Shown: piece after piece, positions 11,460 to 26,502 of the stretch
How the letters are laid out: each line of letters starts with the position of its first letter
Numbering within the stretch: the first letter of the stretch is position 1
Assembly: GCF_000315625.1 (NCBI RefSeq)
Contig: NW_005434618.1
Location: 17,607-81,606 of the forward strand
From: Guillardia theta CCMP2712
Lineage: Eukaryota; Protista; Cryptophyta
DNA length: 64,000 nt
Reading direction: 5' to 3'
Program-made: the position numbers and the translations under genes
Notes under the pieces: generated by a model
Told to the model about the DNA's origin: nothing
What the model saw: the letters and a program-made list of their open reading frames with translations, nothing else
The model's database searches: none

Positions 11460-14059
11460 GACAAGGTACAGAGTGCGTTCGACGGGAACGTAGGAACATG
11501 ATATTGCTTGCGGCGCTGAATTTTCCCTCATGGGAAGGCTGACATGGCAGCGCATGGCTGCCTGCTGTTTGAGCCCGTTGAATGCGGAGTCAGGCCCGAA
11601 GGCTGACGAGACTCTGTCGGGACTTGAAGACTGTCAGGGGGTCTTCTGAAGTTTGCAAGGAGAGGCAAACCCCCGCTTGCTGTTGTCGGTCATGGCTGTG
11701 CTAGAGCTGCAGGCCTGAAGGTTTTAACGTACTTACATCTTGAGGTGAATCAACTTGAACTTACTAACACTATCATATGTGAGGCTTGAAGTGAATGAGA
11801 ATCAATCAAATAGATCTTGCTTTTCAAACGCCTCCGGGTCATTCGCATTGCTGCACTAATAATGACACGTTGAAAGGGTCCTGGAACACCGTCACCCTCG
11901 TCAAAACAAACGGATCAACCGAGCTCGTCATCGTCCGGCTGTGAGACTCGGCGACGGCACTGAGCCAGTCAATCTCGGACAGCTGGCAGTAGTACAAAAC
12001 GCGCCGTTGTCCTGCCTGAGTCTGCCGGCCCTAATTTTTAACTCTCCGAGGCTCGAATGCTCTCGAGGTAGCCTGCCCTTGCCACCGTGACTTGTCACGA
12101 GTCACCGCTCAGTGACGGTCACGGTGGCGACATCAGCCGCAGTGACGCGGCCGCGATCGCGGGCGGCACCAGAATTTGTCAGATAGGTCACGAATGGTCA
12201 CGAAGACAGTTTACTAAGAGCTGACCGGACCGTCCGAGTCCGCGGGGCATGATGACCGTGAACATTGGCGACGGGCCGCCGCTGCCACGGTGCGTGCGAT
12301 CCACTGCGGCCTAGCAGCCGGGACCACGACTCAGAGTCGCGCTGAGGACCGTCACAGAATCACGTACCTGGACTCAGGCTCACTGGCGGCCGCGGCGAAG
12401 ACGAGCTGACAGTCACCGGACCGTACAGGCTATTCGATCACAGCCTGGCACGCATCATGCCAGGGCACGCCGTGATGGTACTAAGTACATATCCTGACAC
12501 TGCCAGGCTGTCGCACAGGCCATCGTCACCCGACGGCGTCAAGAAGAGAAAAGACAGTGAGAGTTGAAATCTTATCCGACAGCGGCCGCCACTTCCTGAG
12601 GCTGTCCTCCCAACTTCTGAGGCTTCAACACTGAGGCTGATATCTTCACTTAAGTGCGCGCAGGCCCATCAAGTTCCCCCGCGGCGCCATAGATAGCGGC
12701 GAGAAGAATCGAGGGGGAGGATCACATCAGCGCTATCAGGGAGCACGAGACTTTCAAAAACTCCTTCAAGCACCTGTCTTACTTCCTCTTCGACAAGCTC
12801 GCCAGGGCCCGGCTGCACGCGACGCAGTCACGAGTGTCAAGATCAAGTCTACAACCATTCGCTGCCGCCGGCTGGCGGACTCTGTCGTTTTCCAAGGCTT
12901 GCTGGACGGAGCCTCCGCGGCAGAGAGTTCAAGGTTACCTGAAGGCGAGGCTGTCACGATGCTCCTCTTGCTTTCCGAGCGGCAGTGATCGGCCTCCAAG
13001 CCTGGACCGGATGCGTTTGCGAGTCGAATGCTACCGCAACCTTGTTCGCCGAGCGATCGTGCCCGGCGGCGGCGTTGCCGGCCGCGGGCCCACTCGTCGG
13101 ACCGGCCCAGCGCTGGGCCGGTGACCATCGGACCCCGCGGCGGCGTCCGACGGTCACACTGTGACCCGGGCGGCCACTGAGGACACGCCGCGCGGCCCGG
13201 CCGGGGCGGCGTGACTGAGGACGCGGCCTGGGACCGCTCTGGGGACCGCTGCACTGCGGCAGGGACCGCCGCGCCGCGTGCAGGGACCGGGCAGTGGAGG
13301 ACTGCCAGTCAGCGCGGGGAAGAGGGTGCCAAACCCGCGCCAGGACATCGCGGCCGTTCAGGGAAATGCAGCGATTGTACCAAACGACGAACAGCAGCAA
13401 CGTAAGAGAAGCCAAGGATGAGATAACGAGGGATGAAGACGATGATAAAGAAGGAATGCGATGATAAATCATGAATGCGATGATGAGAGATGCACGTAAC
13501 CAATGGTTGGATGGAAATGAAGATGACAACATGTGAAACTGAGGAAAGAACATTAGAAATGTGTGCCTTTTTTTCACGACGAAATTGCATCATACTTTTT
13601 ATTTCAGTATTGTGAATGTGAGCTTTTAGAGATAGAATCTAGCAAATATTGTGTTGGTATCCATTGCGGGGGCATGCGTGTGTATTTGTGGCGGAAATGG
13701 TGGGGGCTTGATCTATCTGGCATTGTGTTTTGTATTCTGTTATTGTCTTCCTGTCGTGCCGAGTTTCGAGGAGGCAGAAACTCCTTGAACTCTGAAGAAC
13801 ATATCATAGAACATTGGAGACGGCTTGAAGCTTTGAGATGACTGCTGCTGACATTGGAACAGATTCAATTTGGAAATTATATTTGTACGATAGACAACCA
13901 TACCTTCTCGCCGGTTTGTGCTTTCTTTAACCTCTTTGGATCCACTTTCTCATCTCTTCCCCTTCCTCACCCCTCGTCTCTGCCTTCCTCCCACCACACT
14001 CTCCTTTGTCCCCCCGTCCTGTCTCAACCCTTCGTTTCCCACTTCTTTCTCATACCCCC

Positions 14060-15520
14060 TCCCTACCCCTTTTCCCAACTGGCTGGTTCGCATGGGCTGA
14101 GAGAGATTGCTATCAGACGAGAGTCTGCACGAATGTCAAGACTGGCGTGTCGACGGTGAAGCAAACATCCCAAGGCGCGTTCCACGTCGAGTCACAAGAG
14201 TTGCCCTTGATCGATCATTGGCCGGGGATAGCGCAGTGTTTGGGTAAGGACCACGGGGACAAGTGCTGGGAGCGATGGGATGTATAATAAAGTCAGAAAT
14301 CGTATGGTCGAAAGTCCGAGAACCTGCTGTCGCTGCAACAGCACTGTCGGTGATACCTTAAAAGGGCATGATTGCAGACGAGAAACGTGCATTCTGACCA
14401 CTCTAGAACAGACCTCTTCAGGATGAGGGCAGCAGATCACAAAACTACTCATCGGCCAAGGATTGAATGCAAGTCGAGAAGTTGAAAAGGAACATGATAT
14501 ATTTTCGCTCAAACTCCCAAGTACCCATGGCAGTGTCTGCAACGGAAAATCGAACAATAAAAAAATCTACCGTTCAAACCAGCTCGCGCCTCCAATGATA
14601 TTGCCACTCAGTATTGGCGCTCTCCAGCCTCTATCGGAGCCTCGGAGTTGAGGGTGCACAGTACATTCAGGCAGTAACTCAAGCATCGGCTGTCCGCACA
14701 ACCCCAGGGGCACAAGAGTCCATTCCAACCGCTGAAGGGCAGGCAAGGTTCGGATCGAAATCTTGATCATGAAGAAGTGTTCCCACCAGGGCCAACCCGC
14801 CGCCTACTGCTACCACTCCACCCAAGATAGGCCCCCATACCCCCGCACCGCTTGTTACGGCGTCCCTAAAGCTCGTCGCAGGACCCTCGTCAATGTCATC
14901 TCCATCTCCGACTGAGCCGTCTTTGACCTTCTCTTCAAGAATGGACCTGATCACCCTTCGAACAAGTGCTTCAGTGACATGTAACAGTGTGACCGGTGGG
15001 CGAACAAGGGACACATTAGCGGTTGGGCCGAGCCCATTTCAGGACACGCTGCACCGATGAATTCATAACTACAACACATAGCATCATCAAGACGTGTCAT
15101 TTGATCTCGTCAAAATAGATCGGGTAATTTCCACATAAACCCTTGGAACGATGTTGCATCGGAACCAAACTGAACGGGCAACACGAAAAGTTGAGTCGTG
15201 GAAAAGGAGAAGTAGCAAGGGCAAACAGAACAAAAAGACAACGGTATTCAGATACATATCAAAATTTAAACACCTCATCATAACCATACTACCATCAGGC
15301 TCACACAGTACAACCCAGGAGCACCAGCGACAGGCAGTGAAGATCAATGCGGTGCATCCGAGGGGGCGCTAGGGCAAGAGGTGGGGGTGGGGATCAGAGG
15401 ACACAAGAGAGATGATAGAGAGATGAGAGCATTCAGGTCGGCATATCCTTACCTCGACTTCCTCCCTCCGCCTCCTCCGCTCTCCCTCAAGAGCAGTAGC
15501 TCCCGAAGGTCGCCGAACAT
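14060..15520 (-). CDS. Possible multi-exon hypothetical protein, divergent from the phycoerythrin alpha gene
   Basis: ATG at ~15520 followed by a GTAAGG donor. Protein-like exon 14679-15014 has a hydrophobic stretch (GVWGPILGGVVAVGGGLALVGTLL). No recognisable family and the gene structure is unresolved. Confidence 0.3.
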
Positions 15521-16480
15521 GTCGGCTCCCACCCTAAATCGGGAAGTCGTTACTGAACCGTTACAACCAACCACCCAAAAAACTGTTTTTCGGAGCCCGG
15601 CGCCGTCCGATCGGGGCCCGACTCGGGCCGGACACGAGGAACTGAGATGGTCCGGGCCCCTAGCTAGGGCTCATGCACATCACCGAGCCTTCAGGTAGCA
15701 GGACCGTGACCTCTGACTTCGAAACCTGTCACATCTTAAAAGTGACCACCCAACCTCCATATCCATTATATATATTTTCAGTCATATTTTTAATTTTCAT
15801 ATAATTATTTACTTAACTTATTTAAGTCCCTAGGGCGCGCACCCTACCCCTGCATGCCTACCCCCATGAATCCTGTCTGCTCCTTCACCCCACTTTCCCA
15901 TACCACATTCTACCCCTACAAATCCCTCAATTTTCACCGGTACTTACCCGGATAAATGCTTACCACCCCTTACATCACCCCCCCATGTGAGTACGACCGC
16001 TCCGAAGGTGATCGGAGTACCCCTCATATCACCTGGCCCCGAATTCAATCAAAGGGGTGGGGTGGGGTGAGGTAAACCTGCAACATTTCCTCCCTCTATA
16101 GCATCAGGAGCAGCAACTATCCATCGTTGACCATGGTGAGAGCACGCGTTGATGTGCTTGTGTGAAGGGCGATGAGATGATGGCTGCATGTTGAGATGAA
16201 GATGTTTCAACCCTTGCTCTGCACATCTGATTCTTCAGAGCTTCCAGCATACTTGCTACATTCCCTTCATGCATAATGAGGGCTGTTTTTTGTAGCCGAC
16301 TGTTTCTGTTGAGTGTTTCGTCGATGTTTGAGCCTGCTCGCAACTTACTTGAGTTCTTGGCATGCTGACAATCCTGTTCATTGATGAATTTCCAATCTTG
16401 AGTTGAATATCATGTCGTGGTCCTCTAACAATCATGCACAGCAGAAGTAGCAGCATGCTGACTATCAGGCGCAGGTCTCT

Positions 16481-17073
16481 ATGTCTCTCAAGGCTGCTAT
16501 TGCCGCGTCCGCTATCGCCGCCGCGTCCGCTTTCTCCACTCCTGCTCTTAGTGTGAGTTTCTCCTCCTCTCCCTGTCTCCCTCCTCCTCACTGTCTACCT
16601 CCTCCTCACTGTATCTCTCCCCCCGTCATTCTTCCCCTTTCTTTCTCTCACCTGCTCCGCTCTAGGGTCTCCACATGAGCGTCGAGCGCCGTGACGTCGT
16701 CAAGACCATCGGAGCTGGAGTTGCTGCTGCTCCCTTCCTTGTGGGAGCTGCTGCCAACGCCGAGAGCACTGTCTTCCCCCGTGTCCAGACCCAGAGCAGC
16801 TTCGGAGTCATCAACGACAACATGGGCAAGGGAGCTATGCCAGTGATCACCGTCTTCGATCACCGCGGATGCAGCCGATCCCCCAAGGAGTACGTCGGAG
16901 ATAAGAGCGGGGACCAGGATGACGAGATGTGCGTCAAGGTCCAGATGAAGACTCCTTACACGTACCCCCAGTACACTCGCCAGGCCACTGCCCTGCTGAA
17001 CGAGATCATTGGAGTAACGTACACTAAGGGAAACCCCTCCGGCAGACACGGAACCCCCGACCTTGTAAACTAA
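16481..17073 (+). CDS. cpeA: Cryptophyte phycoerythrin alpha subunit precursor (exons 16481-16552 and 16666-17073)
   Basis: Signal peptide ending ASA-F. Intron GTGAGT(16553)...CTAG(16665) joins in frame. Twin-arginine lumenal signal VERRDVVK...AAANA. Mature signature PVITVFDHRGCSRSPKEYVGDKSGDQDDEMCVKV with the bilin-binding Cys. Confidence 0.95.
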
Positions 17074-17199
17074 ATAAAGAAGATTCATTGGGTGAAATGA
17101 GCTGTTGTGTGGGTGAGAGGAGGGGGGAGGGGAGTAGAACAAGGGGACCTCCCGTGACAGAGTTGAGCGTACGATGGTTGACAACGAGATTGAAACACA

Positions 17200-19701
<2,502 letters not shown>

Positions 19702-20222
19702 GACCCCTGTACCCCCTGGGGATCCTTGGCTTAACACGTACTGATTTTATTTGTCCCTTTTTAAAATTAGTACCAGCCAGTACTACCGGATTACGTGACA
19801 CGTTCCGACCCGGCGTGCGGTACTAATAAGTAGTTCTGACTCAGCCCGCCTCAGCGCCGGAGCCTCCGTCACTTTGCCAGTCACTGAGTCGGACCGTGAG
19901 GCCGCTCAACTTGCTGGAACTTGAACCAGCCCGGCCCAGTCCTCCAATGCGGGCCCCGGGCCGGCCGATCGGGCCGACGATCGGATCTTTGGACGGTTTT
20001 TGCAGGGCAGTGGAGTGAGTGAGAATCATTCTCAACACTGAGTGAGAATCACGGCCGAGCCGGCCGGGTGTCGGACGGTCGGAGGGCACGGCCCTCCGAG
20101 CTCAGTCAAATCTACTGCCCTCCTCACTGAGGAGGGCAGTCAGTCCCGGCCGGGCCGGCCGGGAGGGCAGTCAGTCAAATCTATGCACTGCAGGCTTTGA
20201 AACTTGCGTGACTCAGCAGTGT

Positions 20223-23200
20223 TCACTGACTCGGACCGGTACTACTAGTAACCTTGATGATACGCCCGGACGGCGCGGGCTTCAGTGGCTTCTCAGGATG
20301 ATGTAAAGTTGAAGTCACAGGCCGCTGGGAGGGCTCAGGCTTGCACGCGGCCATGACTGGCGAGCGAACGGCGGGCCGTGCGCCTGACCGGGTCAAGATC
20401 TTATCGAAGTCGGAGGAGCAGCACAAGGCCCCGGGCTTCGCCTTCTTCTGCATCTCGAGTGCCTCGTTCATCGCCTCTCCCAGCGCATGGAACCTCGGCT
20501 GCAGCTTCCCCATCGTCCCCGCCACACAACTTCCTGCTGCGATCCCGATGCGACACGCGATCTGCTTCCCATCCTTGCACCTGAGCCCTTCGATGATCGC
20601 CAGCATCGACTCTGCTATGCCGAGCATCGTCGCACACAACTCTCCGTCCTCTCTGCCTTGCAGCCACCCCGCACAGATGTACTCGTCGCCGATGGTGTCT
20701 AGCTTGAAGATCCTGCTGTCAGCCAGGCACTGGTCGAACTTCCTGTACACCTCATGGATCAGCTTCGCCACCTCCATCGGCTGCAGCCTCCCCGTCAGCT
20801 CCGTGTAGTCGCACAGATCCAGTCGGAGGACGGCAGCCTTCCTGTAGGAGGAGGCGACTTGCCCTTGGCTCAGCGCCTCCTCCACCACATCCCGGGGGAA
20901 CAGGTCGTTGAGTACGCGCACGATCGCTCTTCGCTCCGTCTTGTTCCTGTGTTGCGAGACCCACATGGAGCGCTCGGACTTGTGCTGGTGCTTGAGGATC
21001 AGGTAGCTACAGCGTCCACCGAAGACGAGGACGAAGACTTCACCGACGAAGACTCGGGGGAGGAGGAGGTACATGTTGAGGACGACTAGCGGCAGCATCG
21101 CCTTCACGACCCACGCGTGCCATCGCGCGGGGACGTTGGCCTGCTGCAGGTTGATCCAAGAGATAACGGGCCCGAAGAGCAGCAGCCAGCCCGTCGCCCG
21201 CGTCCACCACACGCTGTAAAACATGATGGCAAACTGGACGAGGTGGCCGCAGACATACAAGGCCTGCCATGTCCTGAAGCGCTCGACCGCGCAGACTCGT
21301 GCAGCACGGTCATTCTGTTGCATCCTCGTAGAGGTGAAGGAGATGTAGAGGAGAGAGGAGGCGAGGAGGAGGAAGAGGACGCAAGCAAGCGTTTGAGCGA
21401 CGAGGACATGCCCTCGCATCCGGCTCGCCTCTTCCTCACGGAAGAAGCTGAGCCTAGTGATCCGGAGGAAGGAGACGAAGAGAGCGACGTTGTAAGAGAT
21501 GCTTCCAACGAGGGCCTGTCGGAGGTGGTTCGGATAGTGCTTTCGCAAGAACTTCTCCTCCAGAGCCTCATCCGAGAACACGGCTCCAACCTCACAGATC
21601 GCGTGCTCCTGCCCTTCAGTCTCCTCGATCTCCAGCCATCTCGAGATGGGGTCGTCCATCATGATCATGCCCCCGGCCTTGGGTGAGTCCACCTGAACGC
21701 ATTCCTGAGACGCTTTCCGCAACGCCATGGCAGAGGCCACCCACGAAGCTCGCCTGCCGCTGGTGGCGGTGCCGCTGCTGCCGCTGCTGCTAATGGTGGT
21801 GGTGGTGGTGGTGTTGCTGCAGCTGCTGCTTTCCCTGACCTCTATGAAGTAGGTCGCCATAAACCCCTTCCCCTTGATGTGCATCTCTGGTCTCCGTGTG
21901 AAACTCATTCCCGCGCTCTCCTCCTCCTCCTCCCCCAGCTGCTTCCGGAACTCCTCCGTGCACAGAATCTTGTCCTTCTCCGAGTAGTGGCACATGCGCG
22001 CGCTGGTGTTGATCGCATCCCCGAACAAGCAGTAGAACCTCCGATGCGCTCCCACGATCGCTCCTGCCAGCGACCCGCACGCGATCCCGACCTTGGCCCA
22101 TAGCGGCTCCCCGCTGAGAGCACGAAAATCCTTCACCTCCCTCATGATCCTGGCAGCGAGGAGAACCATCTCCCTTGCTGCTGTGCGCCTGTACCTGGCG
22201 GGGCTGTCGGGAGCATGGAAAGGGCGCGAGGTCCTCTGACAGCAGATCACGTATGTATCCTGAACGTGGTGGTACTTGAAGCACCCGAACTCGTCCACGA
22301 TCGAGTCAAGGCGGGTAAAGACGTCATCAAGGAGCTGGAAAGTTGCCAGGGTCATGGAGGAGGACAGCTCGGTCGCGCAGGGCGAGAGGCTGATGAACAT
22401 GATGGTACAGTGCTCCATGTTGCCAGCGATCAGCCTGCTGCTCTGAGACCGGAGTCGGCAGTGCAGCGGCTTCGGGATCAGAGTCCCCAAGAAGTCGCTC
22501 AGCTTGTCTGCGTCAGCACGCAGCCTCCGCTCCCGCTTGAACTCAAGCTGAGCAGACGAATATCGTTCCCCGCATATGAAGACGCTTGCTAATGTGACTT
22601 GCAGGTGGAACAGCGCGGAGGGGATCCAGATCCTCGCGTCCAGCCCCGTCGCCCATCCCGTGGCGAGCATGACAGTCACTTGAGTGAGGGAGAGGGCGAG
22701 GGCCGTGCTGCCCTTGCTTCCCACGACAAAAGGAAACATGGAGCCGATGATGGCGTAGACAACCAACGTGCCGGGAGAGAAGACTCTATCTGTACACCCC
22801 GCATCCTCGCTGCCATACTCGGTGGAAAAGTTGAGCATGGTCGCTACGGGCTTCGCGTCGTGACAGGTCCAGGTCCACGGGAAGCCTTTGGACCTGTCAA
22901 TGGTCAGGTTGACATAGGGCGACATGTAGCCAACGCTTGAAGCACGGCAGATGTCTGCTGTGACGCGCCTGAAGACTTCAAGTTGGAAGAGGAAAGAGAT
23001 CAGCGTGAAGGTGACAATCTCTTTGTCAAGATGCCCTCGGATCCAAGGGACCCATGTGATGAGTTGGAACATTAGAGCGGTAAAGGAGCACATAGCTGCT
23101 GAGAGTGCAAACATGAGACACATGAATGTCTTGAGGTTCGAGTCCCAGCTGCACAAGTTGCTCCTATAGTGGCCAATCCCGTACAAAATGTACACCAACG

Positions 23201-23420
23201 AGCCAGCGAAGAAGACAAACCGGACTGACCTCGAGTAGAGTAGGAGATGATGATTGTTGAAGTCTTGATCGCTCCGTTTAGCCTCCTCCTGCTCCTCCTC
23301 ATCCTCCTGCTCCTCCTCATCCTCCTGCTCCTCCTTCTCCTCCTCACGTGTGTGATCCTCTGCATTCTCCTCATCAGAATCCTCCTCCTCCTGGCCCTCA
23401 TTCTCTCCCCTGTACTTCAT
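20223..23420 (-). CDS. Membrane class III nucleotide cyclase with two TM blocks and two catalytic domains (probably guanylyl cyclase), apparently intronless
   Basis: 1083-aa ORF (first ATG 23420). Domain 1: KVGIACGSLAGAIVG...FYCLFGDAINTSARM...IKGKG. Domain 2: VLRLDLCDYT...FKLDTIGDEY...RIGIAAG...PRFHALG. Each is preceded by about 6 hydrophobic segments. Confidence 0.9.
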   Translation of the reverse strand: MKYRGENEGQEEEDSDEENAEDHTREEEKEEQEDEEEQEDEEEQEEAKRSDQDFNNHHLLLYSRSVRFVFFAGSLVYILYGIGHYRSNLCSWDSNLKTFMCLMFALSAAMCSFTALMFQLITWVPWIRGHLDKEIVTFTLISFLFQLEVFRRVTADICRASSVGYMSPYVNLTIDRSKGFPWTWTCHDAKPVATMLNFSTEYGSEDAGCTDRVFSPGTLVVYAIIGSMFPFVVGSKGSTALALSLTQVTVMLATGWATGLDARIWIPSALFHLQVTLASVFICGERYSSAQLEFKRERRLRADADKLSDFLGTLIPKPLHCRLRSQSSRLIAGNMEHCTIMFISLSPCATELSSSMTLATFQLLDDVFTRLDSIVDEFGCFKYHHVQDTYVICCQRTSRPFHAPDSPARYRRTAAREMVLLAARIMREVKDFRALSGEPLWAKVGIACGSLAGAIVGAHRRFYCLFGDAINTSARMCHYSEKDKILCTEEFRKQLGEEEEESAGMSFTRRPEMHIKGKGFMATYFIEVRESSSCSNTTTTTTISSSGSSGTATSGRRASWVASAMALRKASQECVQVDSPKAGGMIMMDDPISRWLEIEETEGQEHAICEVGAVFSDEALEEKFLRKHYPNHLRQALVGSISYNVALFVSFLRITRLSFFREEEASRMRGHVLVAQTLACVLFLLLASSLLYISFTSTRMQQNDRAARVCAVERFRTWQALYVCGHLVQFAIMFYSVWWTRATGWLLLFGPVISWINLQQANVPARWHAWVVKAMLPLVVLNMYLLLPRVFVGEVFVLVFGGRCSYLILKHQHKSERSMWVSQHRNKTERRAIVRVLNDLFPRDVVEEALSQGQVASSYRKAAVLRLDLCDYTELTGRLQPMEVAKLIHEVYRKFDQCLADSRIFKLDTIGDEYICAGWLQGREDGELCATMLGIAESMLAIIEGLRCKDGKQIACRIGIAAGSCVAGTMGKLQPRFHALGEAMNEALEMQKKAKPGALCCSSDFDKILTRSGARPAVRSPVMAACKPEPSQRPVTSTLHHPEKPLKPAPSGRIIKVTSSTGPSQ

Positions 23421-25126
23421 GCACAGCCTCCGCAAGATATCTGTGGACGAGATACAACAGATATAAACTATCACAGACCCGGGTAGACCAATTTTTTCAA
23501 TTTACTCAAAGTTAAGTTAAAATTAGTACCAATTTTTGAACTCAGTGTTCTGCACCCCCTTCGGAAGTTCCTCCGGAGTCCCGGGCCCGGCCGCTTTCAA
23601 GTTTGCCGGCCACTAGTACCCGGCGGGTGACCCTCTCCCCGTTCAACGGTTACTCCGAGGCAAAGTTACTGAGTTGAAAATCAGTACCCGGCGTACGAGG
23701 ACTGAGTCAGGAGGCCCTTGACCCGCCCTGACCGTACGGTACTTTCAGCTGGACCCGGTGCGCCCCCCGGGCCCCGGGCCCGCCGAGAGTCCGAGGCTTC
23801 AACCGTCAGTACTGTGACACTGACCGTCCGACAGTGACTCGGATGCAGTTTACTAGTGACTAGGCCGCGGACCGTCATTGAAGCCGGGCTCCCGCGGCGG
23901 CCACTGACTCACTTCGATGGGCCGCAGTGCCACCGTGACCGTACCGGGCGGAGAGTCGGTCACTTACTGGTGAGTCGGGGATGCCTCGAGTCGCCGCACG
24001 GCCACTGAAGGCGCGGCCCGGGCGCCCGGCACGGCCAGCTTTGCCAAGGCCCGGCCGGGCGCCCGGGGCGACTCGTCCCGGAGTCCGACGCCGGTCACCC
24101 GGTCACGGCCGCACAGGCCCGGCCCGGGCGGCTCGACGGCCGCGCACTGCCCAGTGGCACCTTGGTCGCTGCCGGGCCCGCCCCACTGAGACGGCGGCGC
24201 CGAGGAAAGCCGTAAGGGAAAGATATATGGCGTTGATTTGCTAGTGCTACACCGTAAAATATACGCCAACGTTGTCTGGAACACACAGCAAAGTGGCCAT
24301 GGGTAACTTTGGGTTCCTTGAGAGCAAGGGTTAGATCTGATGATTTCATAAGTGAAGCAATATGAAAAGAAAGGATAGTAGGGAGCCTAGCTGGTTTAGA
24401 GACCTTGTGAGGATCTCTACAAAGTTGGGTGCTGAATTCTAATAATTTGATATAATTTCTCTTCTAGATTTAAAATATACAGATGCCTGTCAAACTGCTT
24501 GTGGGACCAGAGTTCGGCGGCGCGAGAAATATCGTTTGGGGCTTCTCCGTTGAGTACCCACTACCCCTTCATATTAGCAAGATATGACTCAAATACCACG
24601 GGTGATTTACACACCCTACCCCTTGTTGAACCCTCGCTAGCAACCTCCAATTCCAACCCTTTGCTACCCGATTACATCACCCCACCCCCTTTTTCCTCTT
24701 ATTGATGTAGTCAAAGTCACCCCTCTGTTAGTTCATCACCCCACCTTAGACCTACCCTATGAAATCAACTCTGAAGTACCGGTCAATCCTCCTCTTGCTG
24801 TCTTCCCCCACCCCTGCGGATCCTGGCTCTTCCGCGACTATCTTGCGTTAGCCCCGTCGGTCCTCAACTTGTGCCCTGCCTCCTCCGCATCCCTGCTTGA
24901 GCACCTCCTCTTGACGGGGGTTTCAAACCTCCTTCTCCCTCTTCGTCCAGGATCGGATCACAGGTAAGCTTGACCTCTGTTTGGCATCTGCAGTCCTATT
25001 TCTGCTGTTGTCATACTTGTATCCTTGCTTTAGCCGTTTCAATGCGATCTCGGCACAATCATGGCACTGATGTTTATTATCCTAGGCAGATTACCATCAA
25101 TCTCTCGAGTTTTCCTCAAGTACAAC

Positions 25127-25543
25127 ATGGGTGTGAAATGGGTTGTCGCTATGTGCGCAGTCCTGGCATGGATCCCCGTGTCTCAGGGCTTCACAAACGG
25201 TGCTATCAGGTTCGGCACAAGTTTGGATACAGCAGGGAGACGTGGAAGCTGTGCCGTGCAGCGTTCTCCCATGCCGCTGAGAATGGCGGAGAATGATCCC
25301 CTCGTTGGCGATTTCAAGGTTGGAGACAAGGTCAAGCTCGTGAACGACCTCACGGTCTACCACGTCCTTGCACAGCAGTATCCGGACGGATACGTCGTTG
25401 CCAAGGGGACAGAGGGAGAGGTGAAGGCAATCGTGACGGAGAAGTACAAGCAGTCGACCGCAAACCGCCCGATCCAAGTTGCGTTCAAAGAACCCAAACC
25501 GTTTGTTATCCACTTTGAAGCGGATGAAATTACGAAAGCTTGA
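25127..25543 (+). CDS. ftrV: Ferredoxin-thioredoxin reductase variable (alpha) chain, plastid-targeted
   Basis: Signal peptide MGVKWVVAMCAVLAWIPVSQG-F plus transit peptide. Mature FKVGDKVKLVNDLTVYHV...GTEGEVKAIV...TANRPIQVAF...HFEADEI matches the FeThRed_A pattern. Confidence 0.85.
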   Translation: MGVKWVVAMCAVLAWIPVSQGFTNGAIRFGTSLDTAGRRGSCAVQRSPMPLRMAENDPLVGDFKVGDKVKLVNDLTVYHVLAQQYPDGYVVAKGTEGEVKAIVTEKYKQSTANRPIQVAFKEPKPFVIHFEADEITKA

Positions 25544-26502
25544 ATGGCACGGGAAATTCAACTTTGTCCTGACGTCTTGTTATTGATTGCTGCTTCAAAT
25601 ACATCTCTCCTCCTCCTTCATGCCGTGATCCCTTGTTCCGGATAGAATCTGCTCGCTTGGGTGTTCCCATCCTTCCGTTCTCGCGTTGTTGTTTCATCGT
25701 GATCACAGTGCCGGCATGCTTATCTCTTCACAGCATCCTCTCAGCTACCAACAAGATGCTCTTGTGACCCCTGGCCGCCGTGGCCCTGGTCAGTGACGAA
25801 ACTTGAAGTTCCTCTCAGTGATCGGCACCTCAGAGGAGTCCTGCGTGCCGCTGAGTGCAGTTTTAAGTGAAGACAACAGTCGGCAGCCGGGATGAGGGTT
25901 GGTTCTCACTGTCTTTTCTCTTCTCGCTGTTTGGCATGTGCGACAGTCACTGATGCCGGGCACAGCCCGAAGCCTGCCGCTCCGAACCTCAGGGGCCTGA
26001 TTTTTTAACGGAAGTTAAGCATGGTAACAAGTTTGAGCGGTGTCCGTACCGTAGTACTACGGTGGGGGGGCCGAATGCCATCCCGGCCGGGCCCGCCTGT
26101 CCGGCGGCCCCACCGTGACTGCCACGGTGGCAGTGACTCCGGGCCGCCCGGCCCGGCCCCCGCCGCCGCCCGCCGCGCGAGACGCCGCCGTGACCGTATA
26201 TGATTCCGGGGAAACTCATTTATAGCGTTTATTACTATGATTCATGGTTCTATGAGGGAGGAGAGGGGAAGGACGTGAGAAGATGGCGAGTGGGTGAGGA
26301 GGAAGGATTTGACTCGGGAAAGAGATCGAGAGATTGAGAGAAGGTGAAAGGGAAATCACGACCACGGCTCTGCTTGTAATGTACACCCAATATCACTGTC
26401 ACCGACAGCAAAGAAGAGAAGGTTGAGGGAGCAGATCTGAGTTAACCTTCAGAGTCAGCAGCCAGCACTTTGACATTCCTTTGACATTCCTTCTTCCAGT
26501 TG

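Noticed and set aside
10827-12700. Intact pogo/Tigger transposon
   Set aside because: No DDE catalytic domain, TIR pair or TA target duplication could be found.
13563-14287. Plus-strand secreted protein from ORFs 13563-13841 and 14006-14287
   Set aside because: No convincing splice model or motif; strand is ambiguous.
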